NCBI GenBank assembly: GCA_964016885.1
Contig: OZ024742.1
Location: 263,686,001 to 263,750,000, forward strand
DNA length: 64,000 nucleotides
Reading direction: 5' to 3'
Source of the DNA: Eledone cirrhosa
Taxonomy: Eukaryota
Shown: positions 1 to 11,930 of the stretch, one piece after another
Numbering within the stretch: position 1 is the first letter of the stretch
Layout: every line of letters starts with the position of its first letter
The notes under the pieces: generated by a model
Databases searched by the model: none
Told to the model about the DNA's origin: nothing
What the model saw: only the letters and a program-made list of their open reading frames with translations
Made by a program: the position numbers and the translations under genes

Positions 1-524
1 CCTTACTGCTATCCTCTTTCTCTCTCCCCCTTCTCTCTCCTTGTACCTCTTACTTTCATTCACCCCTCTGCTAGTCATCCTCGCTCGGCTAGCCTCATCC
101 TCACACTCACTCACTCACTCACTCTCTGCTACTCACCATCTCTCACTTCCTCCCGTCTGACCCGTGTGAAATTCTTTTCTCGCTCACATTTCGCATGGCT
201 TGGATGCGTCTTTCGTCTTCTCGTCAATGATTCGCTAATCTTATGTTCACATGTATCACCGACTTGTTTTCTCATTTTCCACTCTTTACGTTGCCTCACC
301 ATTGTTGTTTGTTTACATGTCTCTCTCTTTCTCCACCCAATTCTTTTTATCCCAATAACTTATTTTAGTTATTGCTCGCGCTGGCCTGAGGTATCTGATC
401 TTTAATGCGAAGAAATACCTATGGTGGCCAGAAGATCACTAATGATGGATAGTCCTGGCTTCTTGCTCTATTTTTTAATTCATATGTGTCACATTCGCAA
501 CTACGTAGCATGCCCTTTTTCATT

Positions 525-568
<44 letters not shown>

Positions 569-1558
569 TTCACGCTTCTTCTTTGATTAACTCATTATCT
601 ACTTAACAGTGCGATAACCCCCCCATCTCTCTCTCTCTCTCTTTCAAATACATACATATACTCTCTCCTCTTTGACGAAAGTCTATTTACATTTTCCTCC
701 TTCCGGCGTCACCATTTGCACAACAAGACTGTATTGTTTCCCTTCCCGTTTTTAGTCGTAAGACATTACATTGTTATTTGTTTATCTGCTTGCTTTGCTG
801 TCTAGTCGAAAGACACTACCCTGATGTCTCATGCCTCTATGTTGTGTTTTCTCATATGCATCTTTTCGGCGGCTTGCTCTACGCCATCATACAGCCTGGG
901 CTTAATATTATGCAATACCACCTTTATTCACGAAATTGCTTTGCCCAGGGGATGGCTGATGAAAAAGACAGATGCTGTTGTTCATTCTTGTCATGTATTT
1001 CGTTTCTGTTTTCGTTTGCAGCATTTGCTATACCCCACCCCACACACACTATATCCATATGTTATATTCATATATTTTATTAACCGTTATATTCATATGT
1101 ATTGTGAGAGTTATCTCCATATTATCTAAAGCTGTCGTTTTAGTGAAGATGGATACGGCATATGCTTTGTGCCTGATATCTTTTGACAAGAACAATTATC
1201 TTAGTAATCGGCAAGATACCAAATGTAATCTTGAACAAGAAGCAATTAAAATGTATGTTGATGCTACAGTTCGAAATTTTATTGTTGATAGTGACAAAAG
1301 ATCTGAAGAGGCTCGCAATATTTTGGCCAAGACAAAATTGGCAGACTGTGGGATAAAATAGTATTGCGGTATTCGTTCTGATTCTCTTCCTTTTGGATAT
1401 AAATCTCGTTGAGGTTAATTTTACCTTTCATTCTTCCTTCTGGGGTCGATAAACTAAAGTACTTGACAAGTACTAGGGTTAATTTAATCAACTAAGCTTT
1501 TCACTCAAATTTTCTGGACTGTGTCTAATTAGGAAGCATTATTTTCTTCGTCACAAAG

Positions 1559-1752
1559 GGTGGTGGATTGGCAGTATTGGTAGGGGGTCGGACGCCATGC
1601 TTTGACGCATAGGGTTACGGCCCTTGCCATTCTGCGTTCAAATCTCGCCGAGGTTAACTTTGCCTTTCATCCTTACGGGGTCGATAAAATAAAGTACCAG
1701 TAATGCACTGGGATAATTGCTGACCTTGGGCCAAAAAGTAGAAACAATTATT
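1559..1752 (+). mobile_element. tRNA-derived SINE with Meta-like central domain
   Basis: A-box-like TGGCAGTATTGG, B-box-like GTTCAAATC, domain GCCTTTCATCCTTACGGGGTCGATAAAATAAAGTACCAG, tail GAAACAATTATT; many copies in the window. Confidence 0.85.
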
Positions 1753-1839
1753 TTCTTCGTCACCATGTATGTCCAGAACGATGTCTATAGTTTGGGTACG
1801 AGACAAGTTGACATCCAATCTCATTTTTTGTCTCTGTGT

Positions 1840-2049
1840 GGGACTGTGGATCGGTAGAGCATCGGACATCATACTTTGCAGCATATAGTTATAACCCTTT
1901 ACGTTCTAAGTTCAAATCCCGCTGATTTTAGCTTTGTCTTTCATCCTTACGGAGTCGATAACATAAAGTACCAGTAGCATACTGCGGTCGATGTAATCGA
2001 CTTTCCCCTCCCTGAACAGTGTTGACCTTCTGTCTAAATCAGAAACAAC
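1840..2049 (+). mobile_element. Same SINE family, older/longer subfamily
   Basis: GTTCAAATCCC plus TTTCATCCTTACGGAGTCGATAA domain, with an extra GGTCGATGTAATCGAC segment. Confidence 0.75.
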
Positions 2050-2410
2050 TTTTTTTTCTCTGCCAGAAGCTTCACTGGTGTCAAGAAAAAGGAACTATGC
2101 AATTCAAGATGGCATTCGAGTTCAGACTGGTGCAATGTTCATATTATCATTTAGTTTAAACTGCAGTTGACTTCAGAAGCATTGCGAAAATTTGAAATTT
2201 GAAACATTTGCCTTACAACGCAAATGACCATAATAATAGTCGATCGTTATGAATAATAGTTGAGAAAAATGAGATAAATTACTCCATCTTAGTGACGGAA
2301 AGAAGGGATCAGAGGCACCTCTGTCCACTCCTGAGACAAGCACAAATTATTTAGTTTGTGTTTCACAGACTTTAGTTCGTTCATAAAGTGTCAACTTTCT
2401 GCTATATATT

Positions 2411-2603
2411 GGCGGCGGATTGGCAGTATCGGTGGAGGGTCGGAAAACATGCTTTGCAGCACAGAGTTACGTCCCTTTACGGACTGAGTCCAAATCCCGC
2501 CGAGGTTAACTTTGCCTTTCATCCTTACGGGGTCGATAAAATAACGTACCAGTAATGTACTGGGATAATTGCTGGCCTTGTGCCAAAAGTAGAAACAATT
2601 ATT
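2411..2603 (+). mobile_element. tRNA-derived SINE, full length
   Basis: GGCGGCGGATTGGCAGTATCGG head; highly similar to copies at 13021 and 35606. Confidence 0.88.
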
Positions 2604-2832
2604 TTATACCTTATCTAAGTACGCATGTACGCATTGCATAGAATACCTAGGTAATGTACAAAATTCCCTGGTAAAGTGTAGAACACTTAGGTAACATATA
2701 AAGTTCCCAGGTAAAGGTACATATATGCATATTTAATACTTTGCCAAAAATGATAGATATTCTGTAGAATCACTAAGTATTCTATATAATACCCGAGTGT
2801 CACACAATGCCGGTAATAGTCCCCACCCCTCG

Positions 2833-2925
<93 letters not shown>

Positions 2926-3125
2926 TCTGAATTTCTAATATCAATAAGAGTACATATAACTGAATATGACCAAATGTGATATCAGCCGTGGCAGCTGTAA
3001 TAATCTTAATCTACATGGTTTATGCTTAAAATTGCAGCATATTGTCTTTTAATCGTTCAATCAAAGTAGATTTCCAGTAAAAGATAAAGGATTAAGAAGC
3101 AACTTATATATATATATATATAACC

Positions 3126-3325
3126 NNNNNNNNNNNNNNNNNNNNNNNNNNNNNNNNNNNNNNNNNNNNNNNNNNNNNNNNNNNNNNNNNNNNNNNNNNN
3201 NNNNNNNNNNNNNNNNNNNNNNNNNNNNNNNNNNNNNNNNNNNNNNNNNNNNNNNNNNNNNNNNNNNNNNNNNNNNNNNNNNNNNNNNNNNNNNNNNNNN
3301 NNNNNNNNNNNNNNNNNNNNNNNNN
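3126..3325. other. Assembly gap (200 N)
   Basis: Run of N; contiguity across it is not established. Confidence 0.99.
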
Positions 3326-3373
3326 GCTATTCAAAATTGCTCCCGCTATTCAAAATTCTCCGAGTGAAAAGAT

Positions 3374-3458
3374 CCTTCTGACGAGAGTTTATCTTTGCAA
3401 TGGATGCCGTAAGGACTGTCCATTTATTTTTGAGGACTCGAAACCGATTCGGTAAAGG
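3374..3458 (+). ncRNA. Type I hammerhead ribozyme (PLE pLTR remnant) with long stem II
   Basis: Stem I CCTT/AAGG, core CTGACGA, stem II GAGTT/GACTC, GAAA, stem III CCG-ATT-CGG, GUA cleavage triplet; (TA)n follows downstream. Confidence 0.85.
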
Positions 3459-3532
3459 TAACCATAGTGAGTAAAGTTAATTTTAAAAAATTTATTTTGA
3501 AACTTTTTCTTATTTGCTAAACCTTGATTATA

Positions 3533-3610
<78 letters not shown>

Positions 3611-3911
3611 GAAAAGAATGACTTCACTTGTAGTTCTAAACAATTTGATTTAATTTTATAATATTATGAGTTGGTAGATCTAGTAAGTTCTTTGTTAACT
3701 TCGGTAGGAAGATTTTAAAAGATTCCTGGTTAACTTTCATGGAGAACGTTCTCGCATTCGTCGGTGGCGATTGTCAAACTGAGATCGGGTTGTGTTGTGA
3801 TGTGTCACTCTCTATATAAGAGAGATTTGGGTGTGTCTGGTGTGTGTGTGTGTGTGTGTTAATTATATATATATATATATATATAACATCACCTGACTGT
3901 TTTGGTGAATC

Positions 3912-4099
3912 ATAATTGTTTCTACTTTTGGCACAAGGCCAGTAATTATCCAGTGTATTACTGGGTACTTTATTTTATCGACCCCGTAAGGATGAAAGGC
4001 AAAGTTAACCTCGGCGGGATTTGAACTCAGATCATAAAGGGACGTAACTCTATGCTTCAAAGCATAGTGTCCGACTCTCTACCGAGACTGCCAATCCAG
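3912..4099 (-). mobile_element. tRNA-derived SINE
   Basis: Reverse complement of the 2411-2603 family. Confidence 0.85.
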
Positions 4100-4254
4100 T
4101 GAATTATAATGCCGACGAAAGTTCGAAGCAGCCACGTGAAGTAGTTTATTGTGACACTCCACCTATACTCTCATTCACAGTCAACATACATTTGAGGCAT
4201 GAGGGCGTGGGGGTGGTGATATTATCGATCATTGTGACTCCCTCACTTCTACTA

Positions 4255-4595
4255 GAGCGGAGCCTCAGTTCACGAACTTAATTCGTTCGTGAAGGTTGTT
4301 CGTCATTCGAAATGTTCGTACGCCGAAACTATTTCCCCATACGAAATGTTGAGAGAGAAATACAGCGAGAGAGAGACTATGTGTGAAAGACAGATAGATA
4401 TCACCATAGTATCTTACTACACAGCCTGTGACGCTTTTTCCGCCGATACTCCTAGCTTGTCGCCAACTGTTGTTGTCGGCTTTTGTGTTCGTTACTCGAG
4501 AAACCGGTCGTCAACCGAGACATTTTATTTCGGAAAAATTGTTTGGAAACCGATTTGTTCATGATGCGCGGCGTTCGTGAAGCAAGGTTCCCCTT
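4255..4595. mobile_element. TcMar (Tigger/pogo-like) MITE, decayed
   Basis: Degenerate terminal inverted repeats GAGCGGAGCCTCAGTTCACGAAC ... GTTCGTGAAGCAAGGTTCCCCTT flanked by TA; internal GTTCGT subterminal repeats. Confidence 0.65.
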
Positions 4596-4942
4596 TATTT
4601 GACAGATACCTATTTTAACGACTCTTGGAAGGACAAGTGAACTCCGGTGCGAGTTCACTACACGTTGTAAAGAAACTTTATCAGTTCCGTCAATCCAATG
4701 CTCCCATAGGAATCAACACTATTAAATAGGAATCAGTGCATTGGATTAGCAGAATCGGTAGAGGGTTGGACAAAATACATCGAGGTATTGAATTACGGGT
4801 TCATTTTTTTTTAAGTTCTGATGCAGCCTAGTTTTATTTAACCTTTTATTCTTCCAGCGTCGATAAAATAATATACACGCATCGACTATACACCCAACCC
4901 CTGAGAAATGGGAGGCCTTATCTCAGTGCAAGGAATCATAAC

Positions 4943-5019
4943 CTAACTGTACTCATAATCCTTGAATTATGATAAGACACCTGCCCAACATTCCACGCAG
5001 TGGGGACTTTATCAAGGTA
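4943..5019 (-). CDS. Candidate host exon (YLDKVPTAWNVGQVSYHNSRIMSTVR)
   Basis: Acceptor tttctctgtcatcag|, weak donor AG|GTTATG; phase-0 entry matches the phase-0 exit of the exon at 5989-6145; no stop codon. Confidence 0.35.
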
Positions 5020-5121
5020 CTGATGACAGAGAAATTAACTTCTTTAGGAACCGGTTGTGCTGGTGTTAAAAATCTCATCAATCGTCAGAAGTGAGATATT
5101 AATGTACTCTAAGGAAATCTT

Positions 5122-5216
5122 TGACCACTTGTCTATCAGACTATTACAATCAATACTTTCATTATTTTCTGACCACTTGTCTATCAGACTATTAGAATCA
5201 ATACTTTCATTATTTT
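5122..5216. repeat. 48-bp tandem duplication (2 copies)
   Basis: TGACCACTTGTCTATCAGACTATTA(C/G)AATCAATACTTTCATTATTTT starts at 5122 and at 5170. Confidence 0.9.
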
Positions 5217-5237
5217 TTAGTTTTGCCACAAGACTAG

Positions 5238-5425
5238 CAAATTTGGGGAACGGGCAACATTGATTAAATCAACCCCAGTATTTGATTGGTATTTTATTTT
5301 CTCAACTCTGGAAGGATGAAAGGCAAAGTTGACTTTGGCAGGATTTGAACTCAGAATTTAAAGAGCCAAGACAAATACTGCAATGGCATTTTATCTGACG
5401 CTCCACCAATTCTGCCAACCCACAC
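5238..5425 (-). mobile_element. Older SINE copy of the Meta-like family
   Basis: GGATGAAAGGCAAAGTTGAC...GGATTTGAACTCAG on the plus strand. Confidence 0.75.
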
Positions 5426-5462
5426 CCTAAAATCAATAGTATTATTAAACAATGGTATTATT

Positions 5463-5617
5463 ATGCTTTGCAGCATAGAGTTATGGTCCTTTACGTTCTG
5501 AGTTCAAATCCCACCGTGGTTAACTTTGCTTTTCATCCTTACGGGGTCGATAAAATAAAGTACCAGTAATGCACTGGAATAATTGGTGGCCTTGTGCCAA
5601 AAGTAGAAACAATTATT
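5463..5617 (+). mobile_element. 5'-truncated tRNA-derived SINE
   Basis: B box, central domain and tail match the family. Confidence 0.8.
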
Positions 5618-5699
5618 AAACAAAAAAAAAAAAGAATTAAAGCCTCATCAGTAATAATTTTTTTAAAGATTCAAATATAACCATGAGTCAATGAAGAAA

Positions 5700-5900
5700 C
5701 CTCTATGAAGTCGAGTAGCATGCTAGATATAGCAGCTAAAATCTCCCAAATCACATCCTACCGTCGTAAATAAGGGAAGGTAAGGTAAAACAATATAATT
5801 CTAAATAGCATACCACGAACAGAATGGGGTGGGCACGTTTGGCCTTCCTTTGGACATAGGTCAGTTGGATTAATGATGACCTTGGATTAAACAACATCAC
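5700..5900 (+). repeat. Dispersed repeat (retroposon 3' end), related to 55110-55300
   Basis: Shared segments such as GCTAAA.TCTCCC..AAATCA and an (AAC)n-like end in both places. Confidence 0.5.
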
Positions 5901-5988
5901 GAACGAAATAAGAAACAAAAAATCACACATACACGTAGGAATAAAAATAAGAAAAAGGCACTGCGTGTGTAAAGAAGGTAGTACTTAC

Positions 5989-6145
5989 ACAAGCTGTGTC
6001 TGTCGGGGCTTCTGAATCTGACGGAATTGATGGAGTGTGTGTTGGTGGTGGTGGTGGTTGTGTGGTTGTGCTACTGTACCAAGGTAATTCCACATTAGGT
6101 AGACTAAACCTAATCAGGCTGCCGACTCTTGAAAAGAAAGCCATT
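5989..6145 (-). CDS. Candidate host exon with ATG (MAFFSRVGSLIRFSLPNVELPWYSSTTTQPPPPP...TDTAC)
   Basis: Strong acceptor gtttccttctttag|A-ATG and consensus donor |GTAAGT; 52 open codons in non-repetitive sequence. Confidence 0.6.
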
Positions 6146-6399
6146 CTAAAGAAGGAAACGGCCGACAGATGGCGGGGCCGACGAATGGTGCCGGCGGCGA
6201 GTAGGCAGTGTTGGTAGCGGCGGTATTGTTGGTGGGGGTAGGGGTGGTACTGGGAGGTACGGTAGCGCTGGGTGGTAAAAGTAGAGGTAAAGGTGGTTTA
6301 TTGGGGGTAGTTTGGTGGTGGTGTTATGAGGGTAGTGGAAGCGGTGGTGATAGGATGGTGACGATCTACTATGATGGTCGTGATTTGGTGGTAGGTTAG

Positions 6400-9164
6400 T
6401 GGTGACCTGCTACCATGGTCGTAGTTTGATGGTGATGGTGGAGGTTTTAGTGGTGTTGGTGGTGGTGTTGTTGGTGGTGGTGTTGGTAGTGTTGGTGGTG
6501 GTGGTGGTGGTGTTGGTGGTGGTGGTGTTGGTGGTGATGGTGATGGTGGAGGTTTTGGTGGTGTTGGTGGTGGTGGGGGTGGTGGTGGTGGTGTTGGTGG
6601 TGGTGGTGTTGGTGTTGGTGGTGGTGGTGGTGGTGTTGGTGGTGGTGGTGTTGGTGGTGATGGTGATGGTGGAGGTTTTGGTGGTGTTGGTGGTGGTGGT
6701 GGGGTGGTGGGGTTGGTGGTGGTGGTGTTGGTGGTGGTGTTGGTGGTGGTGGTGTTGGTGGTGATGGTGATGGTGGAGGTTTTGGTGGTGTTGGTGGTGG
6801 GGTGGTGGGGTTGGTGGTGGTGGTGTTGGTGGTGGTGTTGGTGGTGGTGTTGGTGGTGGTGGTGGGGTGGTGGGGTTGGTGGTGGTGGTGTTGGTGGTGG
6901 TGTTGGTGGTGATGGTGGGGTTGGTGGTGGTTGTGGTGGTGGTGTTGGTGGGGTTGGTCGTGGTGGTGTTGGTGTTGGTAGTGTTGGTGGTGGTGGTGTT
7001 CGGGATTATGGTGGTGTTGGTGGTGGTGTTGGAGGTGGTGGTGTTGGGGTGGTGTTGGTGGTGGTGTTGGTGGCGTTGGTGGTGGTGGTGGAGGTGTTGC
7101 TGGTGTTGGGGTTGGTGGTGGGGGTGGTGGTGGTGGTGGTAGTGTTGGTGGTGGTGGTTTTGGTAGTGTTGGTGTGGTGGTGTTCGTGGTGGTGGTGTTG
7201 GTGGTGGTGTTGGTGGTGGTGTTGGTGGTGGTGTTGGTGGGGTTGGTGGTGGTGGTGTCGGTAGTGTTGGTGGTGGTGGTGTTGGTGGTGGTGTTGGTGG
7301 TGGTGGTGTTGGTGGGGTTGGTCGTGGTGGTGTTGGTGTTGGTAGTGTTGGTGGTGGTGGTGGTGTTCGTGGTGGTGGTGGTGTCGGTGGTGGTGTTGGT
7401 GGTGGTGGTGGTGTTGGTGGTGGTGTTGGTGGTGGTGTTGTGTGGTAGTGGTGGGGTTCGTGGTGGTTGTGGTGGTGGTGTTGGTGTTGGTGGGGTTGGT
7501 GGTGGTGGTGTTGGTGTTGGTAGTGTTGGTGGTGGTGGTGTTGGTGTTGGTAGTGTTGGTGGTGGTGGTGTTCGGGATTATGGTGGTGTTGGTGGTGGTG
7601 TTGGAGGTGGTGGTGTTGGGGTGGTGTTAGTGGTGGTGTTGGTGGCGTTGTGGTGGTGGTGGAGGTGTTGCTGGTGTTGGTGTTGGTGGTGTTGGTGGTG
7701 GTGGTGATGGTAGTGTTGGTGGTGGTGGTTTTGGTAGTGTTGGTGTGGTGGTGTTCGTGGTGGTGGTGTTGGTGGTGGTGTTGGTGGTGGTGTTGGTGGT
7801 GGTGTTGGTGGTGGTGTTGGTGGTGGTGGTGTTGGCGGGGTTGGTCGTGGTGGTGTTGGTGTTGGTAGTGTTGGTGGTGGTGGTGTTGGTGATTATGGTG
7901 GTGTTGGTGGTGGTGTTGGAGGTGGTGGTGTTGGTGGTGGTGTTGGTGTTGGTGGGGTTGGTGGGGTTGGTGGGGTTGGTGGTGGTGTTGGTGGTGGTGT
8001 TGGAGGTGGTGGTGTTGGTGGTGGTCGTGTTGGTGTTGGTGGTGTTGGTGGGGTTGGTGGTGGTGTTGGTGTTGGTGGTGTTGGTAGTGTTGGTGGTGGT
8101 GGTGTTGGTGGTGGTGTTGGTGGTGGTGTTGGTGGTGGTATTGGTGGTGGCGTTGGTGGTGGTGGTGTTGGTAATGGTGGTGTTGGTGGTGGTGGCGTTG
8201 GTGTTGGTGCTGGTGGTGTTGGTAGTGTTGGTGTTTGTAGTGTTGTTGGTGGGGTGTTCGTGGTGTCGGTGGTGTTGGTGGTAGTGTTGGTGGTGGTGGT
8301 GGTGTTGGTGGTGGTGTTGGTGGTGGTGGTGTTGGTGTTGGTGTTGGTGGGTTGTTGGTGGTGGTGTTGGTGTTGGTAGTGTTGTTGGTGGTGGTGTTCG
8401 TGGTGGTGGTGGTGTTGGTGGTGGTGTTGGTGGTGGTGGGGGTGTTGGGGTGGTGTTGGTGGTGGTGGTGTTGGTGTTGGTGGGGTTGTTGTTGGTGGTG
8501 TTGGTGTTGGTAGTGTTGGTGGTGGTGGTGTTCGTGGTGGTGGTGGTGTCGGTGGTGGTGTTGGAGGTGGTGGTGGTGTTGGTGGTGGTGTTGGTGGTGG
8601 TGTCGGTAGTGTTGGTGGTGGTGGTGTTGGTGTTTGTGTTGGTGGGGTTGGTGGTGGTGTTGGTGTTGGTGTTGTTGGTGGTGGTGTTGGTAGTGTTGGT
8701 GGTGGTGTTGTCGGTGTTGGTGGTGGTGATGGTGGTGGTGGTGGTTGTGGTGGTGGCGGTATTGGAAGTGGTGGTGGTGGTGTTGTTGGTGTTGGTGTTG
8801 GTGGTGGTGGTGTTGGTGGGGTTGGTGGTGGTGTTGGTGGTGGTGGTGGTTGTGGTGTTGTTGGTGTTGGTGGTGGTGGTGTTGGTGGGGTTGGTGGTGG
8901 TGTTGGTGGTGGTGGTGGTGGTGGTGTTGGTGGTGGTGTTGGTAGTGTTGGTGGTGGTATTGGTGGTGCTGCTGGTGGTGGTGTTGGTAGTGTTGGTGGT
9001 GTAGGTGTTGTTGGTGGTGGTGTTGGTGGGGGTGGTGTTGGTGGTGGTGGTGTTGGTGGTGCTGGTGGTGTTGGTGTTGGTAGTGTTGGTGGTGTGGGTG
9101 GTGTTGGTGGTGTTGGTGGTGGTGATGGTGTTGGTGGTGTTGGTGATGGTGTTGGTGGTGTTGG
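6400..9164. repeat. Degenerate (GGT/GTT)n trinucleotide expansion with internal duplications
   Basis: Almost pure G/T triplets; recurring markers such as TTCGGGATTATGG at about 6999 and 7571. Confidence 0.95.
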
Positions 9165-11700
9165 TGGGACAATCGTAATGTGATGTGGTGGTGGTAGTTT
9201 GGTGGTAGTGGTGGGACAGTCGTGATGTGGTGTGGTGGTGGTAGTTTGTTGTTGGTGGTGGGACAATCGTGATGTGGTGTTGTGGTGGTAGCTAGGTGGC
9301 GGTAGTTTGGTGGTAGTGGTGGGACAATCGTGATGTGATGTGGTGGTGGTAGTTTGGTGGTAGTGGTGGGACAATCGTGATGTGGGTTGGTGGTGGTAGT
9401 TTGGTGGTAGTGGTGGGACAATCGTGATGTGGTGTGGTGGTGGTGGTGGGACAATCGTGATGTGGTGTGGTGGTGGTAGTTTGGTGGTAGTGGTGGGACA
9501 AACGTGATGTGATGTGGTGGTGGTAGTGTTGGTGGTGATGGGACAATCGTGATGTGATGTGGTGGTGGTAGTTTGGTGGTAGTGGTGGGACAAACGTGAT
9601 GTGATGTGGTGGTGCTAGTTTGGTGGTAGTGTTGGTAGTGGTGGGACAATCGTGATGTGATGGTGGTAGTTTGGAGGTAGTGGTGGGACAATCGTGATGT
9701 GATGTGTTGGTGGTAGTTTGGTGGTTATGGTGATGGTGGTGGTGGGACAATCGTGATGTGGTGTGGTGGTGGTAGTTTGGTGCTAGTGGTGGGACAATCG
9801 TGATGTGATGTGGTGGTGGTAGTTTGGTGGTAGTGGTGGTGGTGGTGGGACAATCGTGATGTAGTGTAGTGGTAGTTTGATGGTAGTGGTGGTAGTGTTG
9901 GGACAATCGTGATGTGATGTGGTGGTGGTAGTTTGGTTGTGGTGGTGGGACAATCATGATGTAATGTGGTGGTGGTAGTTTGGTGGTAGTGTTGGTAGTG
10001 GTTGGACAATCTTGATGTGATGTGGTGATGGTAGTTTGGTGGTAGTGGTGGGACAATCGTCATGTGATGTGGTGGTGGTAGTTTGGTGGTGGTGTTGGTA
10101 GTGGTTGGACAATCTTGATGTGATGTGGTGATGGTAGTTTGGTGGTAGTAGTGGGACAATCATGATGTGGTGTGGTGGTGGTAGTTTGGTGGTGGTAGAG
10201 TATGGTGGTAGTGGGACAATCATGATGTGGTGTTGTGGTGGTAGTTTGGTGGTAGTGGTGGGACAATCGTGATGTGGTGTGGTGGTGGTAGTTTGGTGGT
10301 AGTGGTTGGACAATCGTGATGTGGTGTGGTCGTGGTAGTTTGGTGGTAGTAGTGGGACAATCATGATGTGGTGTGGTGGTGGTAGTTTGGTGGTGGTAGA
10401 GTGGTGGTGGTAGTGGGACAATCATGATGTGGTGTGGTGGTGGTAGTTTGGTGGTAGTAGTGGGACAATCGTGTTGTGATGTGGTGGTGTTAGCTTGGTG
10501 GTAGTGGTTGGACAATCGTGATGTGGTGTGGTGGTGGTAGTTTGGTGGTAGTAGTGGGACAATCGTGTTGTGATGTGGTGGTGTTAGCTTGGTGGTAGTG
10601 GTGGGGCAATCGTGATGTGCTGTGGTGGTGGTAGTTTGGTGGTAGTGGTGGGACAATCGCGATGTGGTGTGGTGGTGGTAGTTTGGTGGTAGTGGTGGGG
10701 GCAATAGTGATGCGGTGGGGTGGTGGTAGTGGTGGGGCAATCGTGATATGGTGTGGTGGTGGTAGTTTGGTGGTAGTGGTGGGTCAATCTTGATGTGGTG
10801 TGGTGGTGGTAGTTTGGTGGTAGTGGTGGGACAATCGTGATGTGATGTGGTGGTGGTAGCTTGGTGGTAGTTGTGGGACAATCGTGATGTGGTGTGGTGG
10901 TGGTAGTATGGTGGTAGTTGTGGGACAATTGTGATGTGGTGTGGTTGTGGTAGTGGTGGTAGTGGTTAGATAATCGTAATGTGGTGTGGTGGTGGTAGTT
11001 TGGTGATAGTGGTGGGACAATCGTGATGTGGTGTGGTGGTGGTAGCTTGGTGGTAGTTGTGGGGCAATTGTGATGTGGTGTGGTTGTGGTAGTGGTGGTA
11101 GTGGTTAGACAATCTTGATGTGATGTGGTGGTGGTGATAGTTTGGTGGTAGTGGTGGGACAATCGTGATGTGATGTGTTGGTGGTAGTTTGGTGGTAGTG
11201 GTGGGACAATCGTGATGTGATGTGATGGTGGTAGTTTGGTGGTAGTGGTGGTGGTGGTGGGACAATCGTGATGTAATGTGGTGGTGGTAGATTGGTGGTA
11301 GTGGTGATGCTGGTGGGACAATCGTGATGTGATATGGTGGTGGTAGTTTGGTGGTAGTGGTGATGGTGGTGGGACAATCGTGATGTGATGTGATGGTGGT
11401 AGTTTGGTGGTAGTGGTGATGGTGGTGGGACAATCGTGATGTGATGTGATGGTGGTAGTTTGGTGGTAGTGGTGATGGTGGTGGGACAATCGTGATGTGA
11501 TATGGTGGTGGTAGTTTGGTGGTAGTGGTGGTGGTGGTGGGACAATCGTGATGTGATATGGTGGTGGTAGTTTGGTGGTAGTGGTGGTGGTGGTGGGACA
11601 ATCGTGATGTGATATGGTGGTGGTAGTTTGGTGGTAGTGGTGGTGGTGGTGGGACAATCGTGATGTGATGTCGTGGTGGTAGATTGGTGGTAGTGGTGAT
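9165..11700. repeat. About 45-60 bp minisatellite with core GGGACAATCGTGATGTG
   Basis: Dozens of tandem units whose length varies by GGT triplets. Confidence 0.95.
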
Positions 11701-11825
11701 GGTAGTTTGGTGGCGGTAGTGGTGGTGCGATAGCGTTTATCTGCTACTATGGCCGTATTCTGGTGGTGGTCATGTCATCATCAGATCTTGTCGCGCCAGT
11801 GCCGTATCTATTGAAGGGCAGCGTC

Positions 11826-11930
11826 AGAAAGGACTGGGTAACCCTAAACTGGGCCAGAGCCAAAACGGGCAAAACTGGAGACAACCTCCACAAATGGGGA
11901 TTGGACACCTGTGCTGAGTGCCCCTGCGGT
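11826..11930 (+). pseudogene. Fragment of a Vingi/Ingi-like LINE C-terminal domain
   Basis: Translates RKDWVTLNWARAKTGKTGDNLHKWGLDTCAECPCG, matching the W.TLNR.R.G.G....L.KWG....C.CG motif. Confidence 0.6.

Noticed and set aside
972-1361. 129-aa ORF
   Set aside because: Low-complexity N-terminus and no recognisable motif; possibly an old retroelement remnant.
2411-2603. Functional tRNA genes
   Set aside because: A/B boxes are present but there is no cloverleaf; always joined to the SINE body and tail.
6399-11657. Long poly-V/H/P/T ORFs up to 1093 aa
   Set aside because: By-products of stop-poor GGT repeats, open in several frames on both strands; no domain content.
9165-11700. CRISPR-like repeat/spacer array
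   Set aside because: The spacers are near-identical GGT runs rather than unique sequences; no cas genes; eukaryotic context.
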